This document shows positions 49,921-63,901 of a stretch of 64,000 bases of DNA, piece by piece; the stretch's first letter is position 1; each line of letters starts with the position of its first letter. Below the pieces are notes generated by a model that had not been told where the DNA came from, made no database searches, and worked only from the letters and a program-made list of their open reading frames with translations. Origin of the DNA: Eledone cirrhosa (Eukaryota); contig OZ024764.1 in assembly GCA_964016885.1 (NCBI GenBank), positions 19,902,001-19,966,000 of the forward strand. The letters run 5' to 3'. The position numbers were made by a program, and so were the translations under genes.

Positions 49921-52900
49921 GATTATTTTAGGTCTCTCAAAGAAGATTCAATATTCCTTCACAAATTGATCTTTTTACACAGTATTTCGAAAATGATTTC
50001 GAAATTTTTACAGTCGGTGAAATCAATATTTGAACACAAAATGATTACTTTCGAAATCTTTCGAAATATTTACCTTCTGATTTCAAATTTGACGAAATAT
50101 TTACTTCTGCTTTTACAGAAAATGAATGCGTTTTATTATGTTTTTTGTATTTTTACGTTTTTTTGTTAAAAAGTCATATTTTTACATTTTTCGAAATATT
50201 TACTAAGGTGTAAAAAAAATCAAATTGTAAATTGATTTTATTGCATTTTACGATTTACTTTTTCCTTTATTTTTTTACGTTTTTCTGTTAAAAGTCAATC
50301 TGCGTTCATAGATTGATTTCTTTTACAAATTGAAGGCATTTTTGAAATCATTTACTTCAAAAATGCCCTCAAAGAAATCGTCTATGAACCCAGATTGACT
50401 TTTAATAGAAAAACGTAAAAAAAGTAAAAGCAGAAGTAAATCGTAAAAAGAAATAAAATCAATTTACAATTTGATTTTTTTACACCTTATTACTAAGGCG
50501 TAAAAAAATCAAAATATTTCGAAAAATGTAATGACATTTTAACAAAAAACTTAAAAATACAAAAAACGTAATCAATGTATAAACGCATTCATTTTCTGAC
50601 AATTTGATTTTTTTACACCTTAGTAAATATTTCGAAAAATGTAAAAATATAACAATTTGATTTTTTTACACCTCAGTAAATATTTCGAAAACTGTAAAAT
50701 TTTTTTATACTTTTCGAAATATTTACTAAGGTTATATAACCTTAGTAAATATTTCGAAAAGTATAAAAAAATTGATTATTTTAGGGCTTTCAAAAAAGAT
50801 TCAATATTCCTTCACAAATTGATCTTTTCACACAGTATTTTGACAATGATTTCGAAATTTTTACAGTCGGTGAAATCAATTTTTGAACACAAAATGATTA
50901 CATTCGAAATCTTTCGAAATATTTACTTTCTGATTTCAAATTTTGCGAAATATTTACAGAAAATGAATGCATTTATACATTGATTACGTTTTTTGTATTT
51001 TTACGTTTTTTGTTAAAAAGTCATATTTTTACATTTTTCGAAATAAGGTGTAAAAAAACCAAATCGTAAATTGATTTTATTGCATTTTACGATTTACTTT
51101 TCCCTTTACTTTTTTTACGTTTTTCTGTCAATCTGCGTTCATAGATTGATTTCTTTTACAAATTGAAGGCATTTTTGAAATCATTTACTTCAAAAATCAT
51201 TTACTTCAAAAATGCCTTGAAAGAAATCGTCTATGAACGCAGATTGACTTTTAATAGAAAAACGTAAAAAAAGTAAAAGCAATAAAATCAATTTACAATT
51301 TGAATGTTTTACACCTTAGTAAATATTTCGAAAAATGTAAAAATATGACTTTTTAACAAAAAACGTAAAAATACAAAAAACGTAATCAATGTATAAACGG
51401 ATTCATTTTCAGACAATTTGATTTTTTTCGAAAAATGTAAAAAATAACAATTTGATTTTTTTACACCTTAGTAAATATTTCGAAAAATGTAAAATTTTTT
51501 TATACTTTTCGAAATATTTACTAAGGTCATATAACCTTAGTAAATATTTCGAAAAGTATGACAAAATTGATTATTTTAGGTCTCTCAAAGAAGATTCAAT
51601 ATTCTTTCACAAATTGATCTTTTTACACAGTATTTCGAAAATGATTTCGAAATTTTTACAGTCGGTGAAATCAATTTTTGAACACAAAATGATTACTTTC
51701 TGATTTCAAATTTGGCGAAATATTTACAGAAAATGAATGCGTTTATACATTGATTACGTTTTTTGTATTTCTACGTTTATTGTTAAAAAGTCATATTTTT
51801 ACACTTTTCGAAATATTTACTAAGGTGTAAAAAAATCAAATTGTAAATTGATTTTATTGCATTTTACGATTTACTTTTCCCTTTACTTTTTTTACGTTTT
51901 TCTGTCAATCTGCGTTCATAGATTGATTTCTTTTACAAATTGAAGGCAGTTTTGAAATCATTTACTTCAAAAATCATTTACTTCAAAAATGCCTTCAAAG
52001 AAATCGTCTATGAACGCAGATTGACTTTTATTAGAAATACGTAAAAAAGGTAAAAGCAATAAAATCAATTTACAATTTGAATGTTTTACACCTTAGTAAA
52101 TATTTCGAAAAATGTAAAAATATGACTTTTTAACAAAAAACGTAAAAATACAAAAAACGTAATCAATGTATAAACGGATTCATTTTCAGACAATTTGATT
52201 TTTTTACACCTTAGTAAATATTTCGAAAAATGTAAAAATATAACAATTTGATTTTTTTACACCTTAGTAAATATTTCGAAAAATGTAAAATTTTTTTATA
52301 CTTTTCGAAATATTTACTAAGGTTATATAACCTTAATAAATATTTCGAAAAGTATAAAAAAATTGATTATTTTAGGTCTCTCAAAGAAGATTCAATATTC
52401 TTTCACAAATTGATCTTTTTACACAGTATTTCGAAAATGATTTCGAAATTTTTACAGTCGGTGAAATCAATTTTTGAACACAAAATGATTACTTTCGAAA
52501 TCTTTCGAAATATTTACTTTCTGATTTCAAATTTGGCGAAATATTTACAGAAAATGAATGTTTTTATACATTGATTACGTTTTTTGTATTTTTACGTTTT
52601 TTGTTAAAAAGTCATATTTTTACATTTTTGGAAATATTTACTAAGGTGTAAAAGAATCAAATTGTAAATTGATTTTATTGCATTTTACGATTTACTTTTC
52701 CCTTTATTTTTTTACGTTTTTCTGTTAAAAGTCAATCTGCGTTCATAGATTGATTTCTTTTACAAATTGAAGGCATTTTTGAAATCATTTACTTCAAAAA
52801 TCATTTACTTCAAAAATGCCTTCAAAGAAATCGTCTATGAACGAAGATTGACTTTTAATAGAAAAACGTAAAAAAAGTAAAAGCAATTAAATCAATTTAC

Positions 52901-55900
52901 AATTTGAATGTTTTACACATAAGTAAATATTTCGAAAAATGTAAAAATATGACTTTTTAACAAAAAACGTAAAAATACAAAAAACGTAATCAATGTATAA
53001 ACGGATTCATTTTCAGACAATTTGATTTTTTTACACCTTAGTAAATATTTCGAAAAATGTAAAAATATAACAATTTGATTTTTTTACACCTTAGTAAATA
53101 TTTCGAAAAATGTAAAATTTTTTTATACTTTTCGAAATATTTACTAAGGTTATATAACCTTAGTAAATATTTCGAAAAGTATAAAAAAATTGATTATTTT
53201 AGGTCTCTCAAAGAAGATTCAATATTCCTTCACAAATTGATCTTTTTACACAGTATTTCGAAAATGATTTCGAAATTTTTACAGTCGGTGAAATCAATAT
53301 TTGAACACAAAATGATTACTTTCGAAATCTTTCGAAATATTTACCTTCTGATTTCAAATTTGACGAAATATTTACTTCTGCTTTTACAGAAAATGAATGC
53401 GTTTTATTATGTTTTTTGTATTTTTACGTTTTTTTGTTAAAAAGTCATATTTTTACATTTTTCGAAATATTTACTAAGGTGTAAAAAAAATCAAATTGTA
53501 AATTGATTTTATTGCATTTTACGATTTACTTTTTCCTTTATTTTTTTACGTTTTTCTGTTAAAAGTCAATCTGCGTTCATAGATTGATTTCTTTTACAAA
53601 TTGAAGGCATTTTTGAAATCATTTACTTCAAAAATGCCCTCAAAGAAATCGTCTATGAACCCAGATTGACTTTTAATAGAAAAACGTAAAAAAAGTAAAA
53701 GCAGAAGTAAATCGTAAAAAGAAATAAAATCAATTTACAATTTGATTTTTTTACACCTTATTACTAAGGCGTAAAAAAATCAAAATATTTCGAAAAATGT
53801 AATGACATTTTAACAAAAAACTTAAAAATACAAAAAACGTAATCAATGTATAAACGCATTCATTTTCTGACAATTTGATTTTTTTACACCTTAGTAAATA
53901 TTTCGAAAAATGTAAAAATATAACAATTTGATTTTTTTACACCTCAGTAAATATTTCGAAAACTGTAAAATTTTTTTATACTTTTCGAAATATTTACTAA
54001 GGTTATATAACCTTAGTAAATATTTCGAAAAGTATAAAAAAATTGATTATTTTAGGGCTTTCAAAAAAGATTCAATATTCCTTCACAAATTGATCTTTTC
54101 ACACAGTATTTTGACAATGATTTCGAAATTTTTACAGTCGGTGAAATCAATTTTTGAACACAAAATGATTACATTCGAAATCTTTCGAAATATTTACTTT
54201 CTGATTTCAAATTTTGCGAAATATTTACAGAAAATGAATGCATTTATACATTGATTACGTTTTTTGTATTTTTACGTTTTTTGTTAAAAAGTCATATTTT
54301 TACATTTTTCGAAATAAGGTGTAAAAAAACCAAATCGTAAATTGATTTTATTGCATTTTACGATTTACTTTTCCCTTTACTTTTTTTACGTTTTTCTGTC
54401 AATCTGCGTTCATAGATTGATTTCTTTTACAAATTGAAGGCATTTTTGAAATCATTTACTTCAAAAATCATTTACTTCAAAAATGCCTTGAAAGAAATCG
54501 TCTATGAACGCAGATTGACTTTTAATAGAAAAACGTAAAAAAAGTAAAAGCAATAAAATCAATTTACAATTTGAATGTTTTACACCTTAGTAAATATTTC
54601 GAAAAATGTAAAAATATGACTTTTTAACAAAAAACGTAAAAATACAAAAAACGTAATCAATGTATAAACGGATTCATTTTCAGACAATTTGATTTTTTTC
54701 GAAAAATGTAAAAAATAACAATTTGATTTTTTTACACCTTAGTAAATATTTCGAAAAATGTAAAATTTTTTTATACTTTTCGAAATATTTACTAAGGTCA
54801 TATAACCTTAGTAAATATTTCGAAAAGTATGACAAAATTGATTATTTTAGGTCTCTCAAAGAAGATTCAATATTCTTTCACAAATTGATCTTTTTACACA
54901 GTATTTCGAAAATGATTTCGAAATTTTTACAGTCGGTGAAATCAATTTTTGAACACAAAATGATTACTTTCTGATTTCAAATTTGGCGAAATATTTACAG
55001 AAAATGAATGCGTTTATACATTGATTACGTTTTTTGTATTTCTACGTTTATTGTTAAAAAGTCATATTTTTACACTTTTCGAAATATTTACTAAGGTGTA
55101 AAAAAATCAAATTGTAAATTGATTTTATTGCATTTTACGATTTACTTTTCCCTTTACTTTTTTTACGTTTTTCTGTCAATCTGCGTTCATAGATTGATTT
55201 CTTTTACAAATTGAAGGCAGTTTTGAAATCATTTACTTCAAAAATCATTTACTTCAAAAATGCCTTCAAAGAAATCGTCTATGAACGCAGATTGACTTTT
55301 ATTAGAAATACGTAAAAAAGGTAAAAGCAATAAAATCAATTTACAATTTGAATGTTTTACACCTTAGTAAATATTTCGAAAAATGTAAAAATATGACTTT
55401 TTAACAAAAAACGTAAAAATACAAAAAACGTAATCAATGTATAAACGGATTCATTTTCAGACAATTTGATTTTTTTACACCTTAGTAAATATTTCGAAAA
55501 ATGTAAAAATATAACAATTTGATTTTTTTACACCTTAGTAAATATTTCGAAAAATGTAAAATTTTTTTATACTTTTCGAAATATTTACTAAGGTTATATA
55601 ACCTTAATAAATATTTCGAAAAGTATAAAAAAATTGATTATTTTAGGTCTCTCAAAGAAGATTCAATATTCTTTCACAAATTGATCTTTTTACACAGTAT
55701 TTCGAAAATGATTTCGAAATTTTTACAGTCGGTGAAATCAATTTTTGAACACAAAATGATTACTTTCGAAATCTTTCGAAATATTTACTTTCTGATTTCA
55801 AATTTGGCGAAATATTTACAGAAAATGAATGTTTTTATACATTGATTACGTTTTTTGTATTTTTACGTTTTTTGTTAAAAAGTCATATTTTTACATTTTT

Positions 55901-58900
55901 GGAAATATTTACTAAGGTGTAAAAGAATCAAATTGTAAATTGATTTTATTGCATTTTACGATTTACTTTTCCCTTTATTTTTTTACGTTTTTCTGTTAAA
56001 AGTCAATCTGCGTTCATAGATTGATTTCTTTTACAAATTGAAGGCATTTTTGAAATCATTTACTTCAAAAATCATTTACTTCAAAAATGCCTTCAAAGAA
56101 ATCGTCTATGAACGAAGATTGACTTTTAATAGAAAAACGTAAAAAAAGTAAAAGCAATTAAATCAATTTACAATTTGAATGTTTTACACATAAGTAAATA
56201 TTTCGAAAAATGTAAAAATATGACTTTTTAACAAAAAACGTAAAAATACAAAAAACGTAATCAATGTATAAACGGATTCATTTTCAGACAATTTGATTTT
56301 TTTACACCTTAGTAAATATTTCGAAAAATGTAAAAATATAACAATTTGATTTTTTTACACCTTAGTAAATATTTCGAAAAATGTAAAATTTTTTTATACT
56401 TTTCGAAATATTTACTAAGGTTATATAACCTTAGTAAATATTTCGAAAAGTATAAAAAAATTGATTATTTTAGGTCTCTCAAAGAAGATTCAATATTCCT
56501 TCACAAATTGATCTTTTTACACAGTATTTCGAAAATGATTTCGAAATTTTTACAGTCGGTGAAATCAATATTTGAACACAAAATGATTACTTTCGAAATC
56601 TTTCGAAATATTTACCTTCTGATTTCAAATTTGACGAAATATTTACTTCTGCTTTTACAGAAAATGAATGCGTTTTATTATGTTTTTTGTATTTTTACGT
56701 TTTTTTGTTAAAAAGTCATATTTTTACATTTTTCGAAATATTTACTAAGGTGTAAAAAAAATCAAATTGTAAATTGATTTTATTGCATTTTACGATTTAC
56801 TTTTTCCTTTATTTTTTTACGTTTTTCTGTTAAAAGTCAATCTGCGTTCATAGATTGATTTCTTTTACAAATTGAAGGCATTTTTGAAATCATTTACTTC
56901 AAAAATGCCCTCAAAGAAATCGTCTATGAACCCAGATTGACTTTTAATAGAAAAACGTAAAAAAAGTAAAAGCAGAAGTAAATCGTAAAAAGAAATAAAA
57001 TCAATTTACAATTTGATTTTTTTACACCTTATTACTAAGGCGTAAAAAAATCAAAATATTTCGAAAAATGTAATGACATTTTAACAAAAAACTTAAAAAT
57101 ACAAAAAACGTAATCAATGTATAAACGCATTCATTTTCTGACAATTTGATTTTTTTACACCTTAGTAAATATTTCGAAAAATGTAAAAATATAACAATTT
57201 GATTTTTTTACACCTCAGTAAATATTTCGAAAACTGTAAAATTTTTTTATACTTTTCGAAATATTTACTAAGGTTATATAACCTTAGTAAATATTTCGAA
57301 AAGTATAAAAAAATTGATTATTTTAGGGCTTTCAAAAAAGATTCAATATTCCTTCACAAATTGATCTTTTCACACAGTATTTTGACAATGATTTCGAAAT
57401 TTTTACAGTCGGTGAAATCAATTTTTGAACACAAAATGATTACATTCGAAATCTTTCGAAATATTTACTTTCTGATTTCAAATTTTGCGAAATATTTACA
57501 GAAAATGAATGCATTTATACATTGATTACGTTTTTTGTATTTTTACGTTTTTTGTTAAAAAGTCATATTTTTACATTTTTCGAAATAAGGTGTAAAAAAA
57601 CCAAATCGTAAATTGATTTTATTGCATTTTACGATTTACTTTTCCCTTTACTTTTTTTACGTTTTTCTGTCAATCTGCGTTCATAGATTGATTTCTTTTA
57701 CAAATTGAAGGCATTTTTGAAATCATTTACTTCAAAAATCATTTACTTCAGAAATGCCTTGAAAGAAATCGTCTATGAACGCAGATTGACTTTTAATAGA
57801 AAAACGTAAAAAAAGTAAAAGCAATAAAATCAATTTACAATTTGAATGTTTTACACCTTAGTAAATATTTCGAAAAATGTAAAAATATGACTTTTTAACA
57901 AAAAACGTAAAAATACAAAAAACGTAATCAATGTATAAACGGATTCATTTTCAGACAATTTGATTTTTTTCGAAAAATGTAAAAAATAACAATTTGATTT
58001 TTTTACACCTTAGTAAATATTTCGAAAAATGTAAAATTTTTTTATACTTTTCGAAATATTTACTAAGGTCATATAACCTTAGTAAATATTTCGAAAAGTA
58101 TGACAAAATTGATTATTTTAGGTCTCTCAAAGAAGATTCAATATTCTTTCACAAATTGATCTTTTTACACAGTATTTCGAAAATGATTTCGAAATTTTTA
58201 CAGTCGGTGAAATCAATTTTTGAACACAAAATGATTACTTTCTGATTTCAAATTTGGCGAAATATTTACAGAAAATGAATGCGTTTATACATTGATTACG
58301 TTTTTTGTATTTCTACGTTTATTGTTAAAAAGTCATATTTTTACACTTTTCGAAATATTTACTAAGGTGTAAAAAAATCAAATTGTAAATTGATTTTATT
58401 GCATTTTACGATTTACTTTTCCCTTTACTTTTTTTACGTTTTTCTGTCAATCTGCGTTCATAGATTGATTTCTTTTACAAATTGAAGGCAGTTTTGAAAT
58501 CATTTACTTCAAAAATCATTTACTTCAAAAATGCCTTCAAAGAAATCGTCTATGAACGCAGATTGACTTTTATTAGAAATACGTAAAAAAGGTAAAAGCA
58601 ATAAAATCAATTTACAATTTGAATGTTTTACACCTTAGTAAATATTTCGAAAAATGTAAAAATATGACTTTTTAACAAAAAACGTAAAAATACAAAAAAC
58701 GTAATCAATGTATAAACGGATTCATTTTCAGACAATTTGATTTTTTTACACCTTAGTAAATATTTCGAAAAATGTAAAAATATAACAATTTGATTTTTTT
58801 ACACCTTAGTAAATATTTCGAAAAATGTAAAATTTTTTTATACTTTTCGAAATATTTACTAAGGTTATATAACCTTAATAAATATTTCGAAAAGTATAAA

Positions 58901-61900
58901 AAAATTGATTATTTTAGGTCTCTCAAAGAAGATTCAATATTCTTTCACAAATTGATCTTTTTACACAGTATTTCGAAAATGATTTCGAAATTTTTACAGT
59001 CGGTGAAATCAATTTTTGAACACAAAATGATTACTTTCGAAATCTTTCGAAATATTTACTTTCTGATTTCAAATTTGGCGAAATATTTACAGAAAATGAA
59101 TGTTTTTATACATTGATTACGTTTTTTGTATTTTTACGTTTTTTGTTAAAAAGTCATATTTTTACATTTTTGGAAATATTTACTAAGGTGTAAAAGAATC
59201 AAATTGTAAATTGATTTTATTGCATTTTACGATTTACTTTTCCCTTTATTTTTTTACGTTTTTCTGTTAAAAGTCAATCTGCGTTCATAGATTGATTTCT
59301 TTTACAAATTGAAGGCATTTTTGAAATCATTTACTTCAAAAATCATTTACTTCAAAAATGCCTTCAAAGAAATCGTCTATGAACGAAGATTGACTTTTAA
59401 TAGAAAAACGTAAAAAAAGTAAAAGCAATTAAATCAATTTACAATTTGAATGTTTTACACATAAGTAAATATTTCGAAAAATGTAAAAATATGACTTTTT
59501 AACAAAAAACGTAAAAATACAAAAAACGTAATCAATGTATAAACGGATTCATTTTCAGACAATTTGATTTTTTTACACCTTAGTAAATATTTCGAAAAAT
59601 GTAAAAATATAACAATTTGATTTTTTTACACCTTAGTAAATATTTCGAAAAATGTAAAATTTTTTTATACTTTTCGAAATATTTACTAAGGTTATATAAC
59701 CTTAGTAAATATTTCGAAAAGTATAAAAAAATTGATTATTTTAGGTCTCTCAAAGAAGATTCAATATTCCTTCACAAATTGATCTTTTTACACAGTATTT
59801 CGAAAATGATTTCGAAATTTTTACAGTCGGTGAAATCAATATTTGAACACAAAATGATTACTTTCGAAATCTTTCGAAATATTTACCTTCTGATTTCAAA
59901 TTTGACGAAATATTTACTTCTGCTTTTACAGAAAATGAATGCGTTTTATTATGTTTTTTGTATTTTTACGTTTTTTTGTTAAAAAGTCATATTTTTACAT
60001 TTTTCGAAATATTTACTAAGGTGTAAAAAAAATCAAATTGTAAATTGATTTTATTGCATTTTACGATTTACTTTTTCCTTTATTTTTTTACGTTTTTCTG
60101 TTAAAAGTCAATCTGCGTTCATAGATTGATTTCTTTTACAAATTGAAGGCATTTTTGAAATCATTTACTTCAAAAATGCCCTCAAAGAAATCGTCTATGA
60201 ACCCAGATTGACTTTTAATAGAAAAACGTAAAAAAAGTAAAAGCAGAAGTAAATCGTAAAAAGAAATAAAATCAATTTACAATTTGATTTTTTTACACCT
60301 TATTACTAAGGCGTAAAAAAATCAAAATATTTCGAAAAATGTAATGACATTTTAACAAAAAACTTAAAAATACAAAAAACGTAATCAATGTATAAACGCA
60401 TTCATTTTCTGACAATTTGATTTTTTTACACCTTAGTAAATATTTCGAAAAATGTAAAAATATAACAATTTGATTTTTTTACACCTCAGTAAATATTTCG
60501 AAAACTGTAAAATTTTTTTATACTTTTCGAAATATTTACTAAGGTTATATAACCTTAGTAAATATTTCGAAAAGTATAAAAAAATTGATTATTTTAGGGC
60601 TTTCAAAAAAGATTCAATATTCCTTCACAAATTGATCTTTTTACACAGTATTTTGACAATGATTTCGAAATTTTTACAGTCGGTGAAATCAATTTTTGAA
60701 CACAAAATGATTACATTCGAAATCTTTCGAAATATTTACTTTCTGATTTCAAATTTTGCGAAATATTTACAGAAAATGAATGCATTTATACATTGATTAC
60801 GTTTTTTGTATTTTTACGTTTTTTGTTAAAAAGTCATATTTTTACATTTTTCGAAATAAGGTGTAAAAAAACCAAATCGTAAATTGATTTTATTGCATTT
60901 TACGATTTACTTTTCCCTTTACTTTTTTTACGTTTTTCTGTCAATCTGCGTTCATAGATTGATTTCTTTTACAAATTGAAGGCATTTTTGAAATCATTTA
61001 CTTCAAAAATCATTTACTTCAAAAATGCCTTGAAAGAAATCGTCTATGAACGCAGATTGACTTTTAATAGAAAAACGTAAAAAAAGTAAAAGCAATAAAA
61101 TCAATTTACAATTTGAATGTTTTACACCTTAGTAAATATTTCGAAAAATGTAAAAATATGACTTTTTAACAAAAAACGTAAAAATACAAAAAACGTAATC
61201 AATGTATAAACGGATTCATTTTCAGACAATTTGATTTTTTTCGAAAAATGTAAAAAATAACAATTTGATTTTTTTACACCTTAGTAAATATTTCGAAAAA
61301 TGTAAAATTTTTTTATACTTTTCGAAATATTTACTAAGGTCATATAACCTTAGTAAATATTTCGAAAAGTATGACAAAATTGATTATTTTAGGTCTCTCA
61401 AAGAAGATTCAATATTCTTTCACAAATTGATCTTTTTACACAGTATTTCGAAAATGATTTCGAAATTTTTACAGTCGGTGAAATCAATTTTTGAACACAA
61501 AATGATTACTTTCTGATTTCAAATTTGGCGAAATATTTACAGAAAATGAATGCGTTTATACATTGATTACGTTTTTTGTATTTCTACGTTTATTGTTAAA
61601 AAGTCATATTTTTACACTTTTCGAAATATTTACTAAGGTGTAAAAAAATCAAATTGTAAATTGATTTTATTGCATTTTACGATTTACTTTTCCCTTTACT
61701 TTTTTTACGTTTTTCTGTCAATCTGCGTTCATAGATTGATTTCTTTTACAAATTGAAGGCAGTTTTGAAATCATTTACTTCAAAAATCATTTACTTCAAA
61801 AATGCCTTCAAAGAAATCGTCTATGAACGCAGATTGACTTTTATTAGAAATACGTAAAAAAAGTAAAAGCAATAAAATCAATTTACAATTTGAATGTTTT

Positions 61901-63602
61901 ACACCTTAGTAAATATTTCGAAAAATGTAAAAATATGACTTTTTAACAAAAAACGTAAAAATACAAAAAACGTAATCAATGTATAAACGGATTCATTTTC
62001 AGACAATTTGATTTTTTTACACCTTAGTAAATATTTCGAAAAATGTAAAAATATAACAATTTGATTTTTTTACACCTTAGTAAATATTTCGAAAAATGTA
62101 AAATTTTTTTATACTTTTCGAAATATTTACTAAGGTTATATAACCTTAATAAATATTTCGAAAAGTATAAAAAAATTGATTATTTTAGGTCTCTCAAAGA
62201 AGATTCAATATTCTTTCACAAATTGATCTTTTTACACAGTATTTCGAAAATGATTTCGAAATTTTTACAGTCGGTGAAATCAATTTTTGAACACAAAATG
62301 ATTACTTTCGAAATCTTTCGAAATATTTACTTTCTGATTTCAAATTTGGCGAAATATTTACAGAAAATGAATGTTTTTATACATTGATTACGTTTTTTGT
62401 ATTTTTACGTTTTTTGTTAAAAAGTCATATTTTTACATTTTTGGAAATATTTACTAAGGTGTAAAAAAATCAAATTGTAAATTGATTTTATTGCATTTTA
62501 CGATTTACTTTTCCCTTTATTTTTTTACGTTTTTCTGTTAAAAGTCAATCTGCGTTCATAGATTGATTTCTTTTACAAATTGAAGGCATTTTTGAAATCA
62601 TTTACTTCAAAAATCATTTACTTCAAAAATGCCTTCAAAGAAATCGTCTATGAACGAAGATTGACTTTTAATAGAAAAACGTAAAAAAAGTAAAAGCAAT
62701 AAAATCAATTTACAATTTGAATGTTTTACACATAAGTAAATATTTCGAAAAATGTAAAAATATGACTTTTTAACAAAAAACGTAAAAATACAAAAAACGT
62801 AATCAATGTATAAACGCATTCATTTTCTGACAATTTGATTTTTTTACACCTTAGTAAATATTTCGAAAAATGTAAAAATATAACAATTTGATTTTTTTAC
62901 ACCTCAGTAAATATTTCGAAAAATGTAAAATTTTTTTATACTTTTCGAAATATTTACTAAGGTTATATAACCTTAGTAAATATTTCGAAAAGTATAAAAA
63001 AATTGATTATTTTAGGGCTCTCAAAAAAGATTCAATATTCCTTCACAAATTGATCTTTTTACACAGTATTTTGACAATGATTTCGAAATTTTTACAGTCG
63101 GTGAAATCAATTTTTGAACACAAAATGATTACATTCGAAATCTTTCGAAATATTTACTTTCTGATTTCAAATTTTGCGAAATATTTACAGAAAATGAATG
63201 CATTTATACATTGATTACGTTTTTTGTATTTTTACGTTTTTTGTTAAAAAGTCATATTTTTACATTTTTCGAAATAAGGTGTAAAAAAACCAAATCGTAA
63301 ATTGATTTTATTGCATTTTACGATTTACTTTTCCCTTTACTTTTTTTACGTTTTTCTGTCAATCTGCGTTCATAGATTGATTTCTTTTACAAATTGAAGG
63401 CATTTTTGAAATCATTTACTTCAAAAATCATTTACTTCAAAAATGCCTTCAAAGAAGATTGACTTTTAATAGAAAAACGTAAAAAAGTAAATGCAGAAGT
63501 AAATCGTAAAATGCAATAAAATCAATTTACAATTTGAATGTTTTACACCTTAGTAAATATTTCGAAAAATGTAAAAATATTACTTTTTAACAAAAAACGT
63601 AA

Positions 63603-63901
63603 TTTTATTACAATTGTATAAATTTACAGTCGAATAACGTTGTAAATATGTTTTAAATATATACATAAATAACATAAGTGTGTAAATAACATTATAAATT
63701 GCTGGCAATTCCTTGAGAAAGACATTGCAAATATATTGTCTAAACTGTGTATAATAATATAATTTATTGAACAATAATGATAAAGGAAAGAAAAACACAG
63801 TAGGAGATGGCAATTGACCACCAAGTGTGATAATAGGCCACACCTCACACCTTAGGGGTTAACTACACACTTTGAGGCAAGCCAACACACTGGCAGTATA
63901 A
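63603..63901. other. Non-satellite flank of unknown nature
   Basis: Satellite B periodicity is lost abruptly. The stretch is AT-rich, then more balanced, with no recognisable coding or terminal motif. Confidence 0.6.

Larger units (their letters stand above)
48181..62887 (+). repeat. 3271-bp higher-order repeat (4 monomers: 796+827+853+795 bp), ~4.5 near-identical copies
   Basis: ORF-track starts 48181/51452/54723/57994/61265, 48977/52248/55519/58790/62061, 49804/53075/56346/59617 and 50657/53928/57199/60470 are all exactly 3271 bp apart, with identical or near-identical translations. Confidence 0.96.
42516..63602 (+). repeat. Satellite B array, forward block (~26 monomers of ~750-855 bp)
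   Basis: Marker ORF MIFLHLSKYF... starts at 42601, 44109, 46590, 47386, 48181 and onward to 62888. The array ends at ...TTAACAAAAAACGTAA (63602). Confidence 0.97.

Noticed and set aside
42601-63214. Repeated 83-121 aa ORFs (MIFLHLSKYFEK...) as small proteins
   Set aside because: They are TTG-started read-throughs of the palindromic satellite, the internal SKYF repeats mirror DNA repeats, and ends vary with indels. I used them only as period markers.
1-63602. CENP-B boxes or heat-shock elements suggested by abundant TTCG/GAA words
   Set aside because: I saw no TTCG....A..CGGG CENP-B core, and TTCGAA / GAAATATTTC do not have the nGAAnnTTCn spacing of HSEs.
63595-63620. A second Helitron starting at the array's right end (junction AAAAAACGTAA|T resembles the first insertion site)
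   Set aside because: The flank begins TTTTATT, which is neither a 5' TC nor a reverse-oriented CTAG end with a hairpin.
63580-63848. Minus-strand ORFs of 87 and 74 aa in the right flank
   Set aside because: They overlap in different frames, one runs into the satellite, their composition reflects AT-richness, and there is no recognisable homology.
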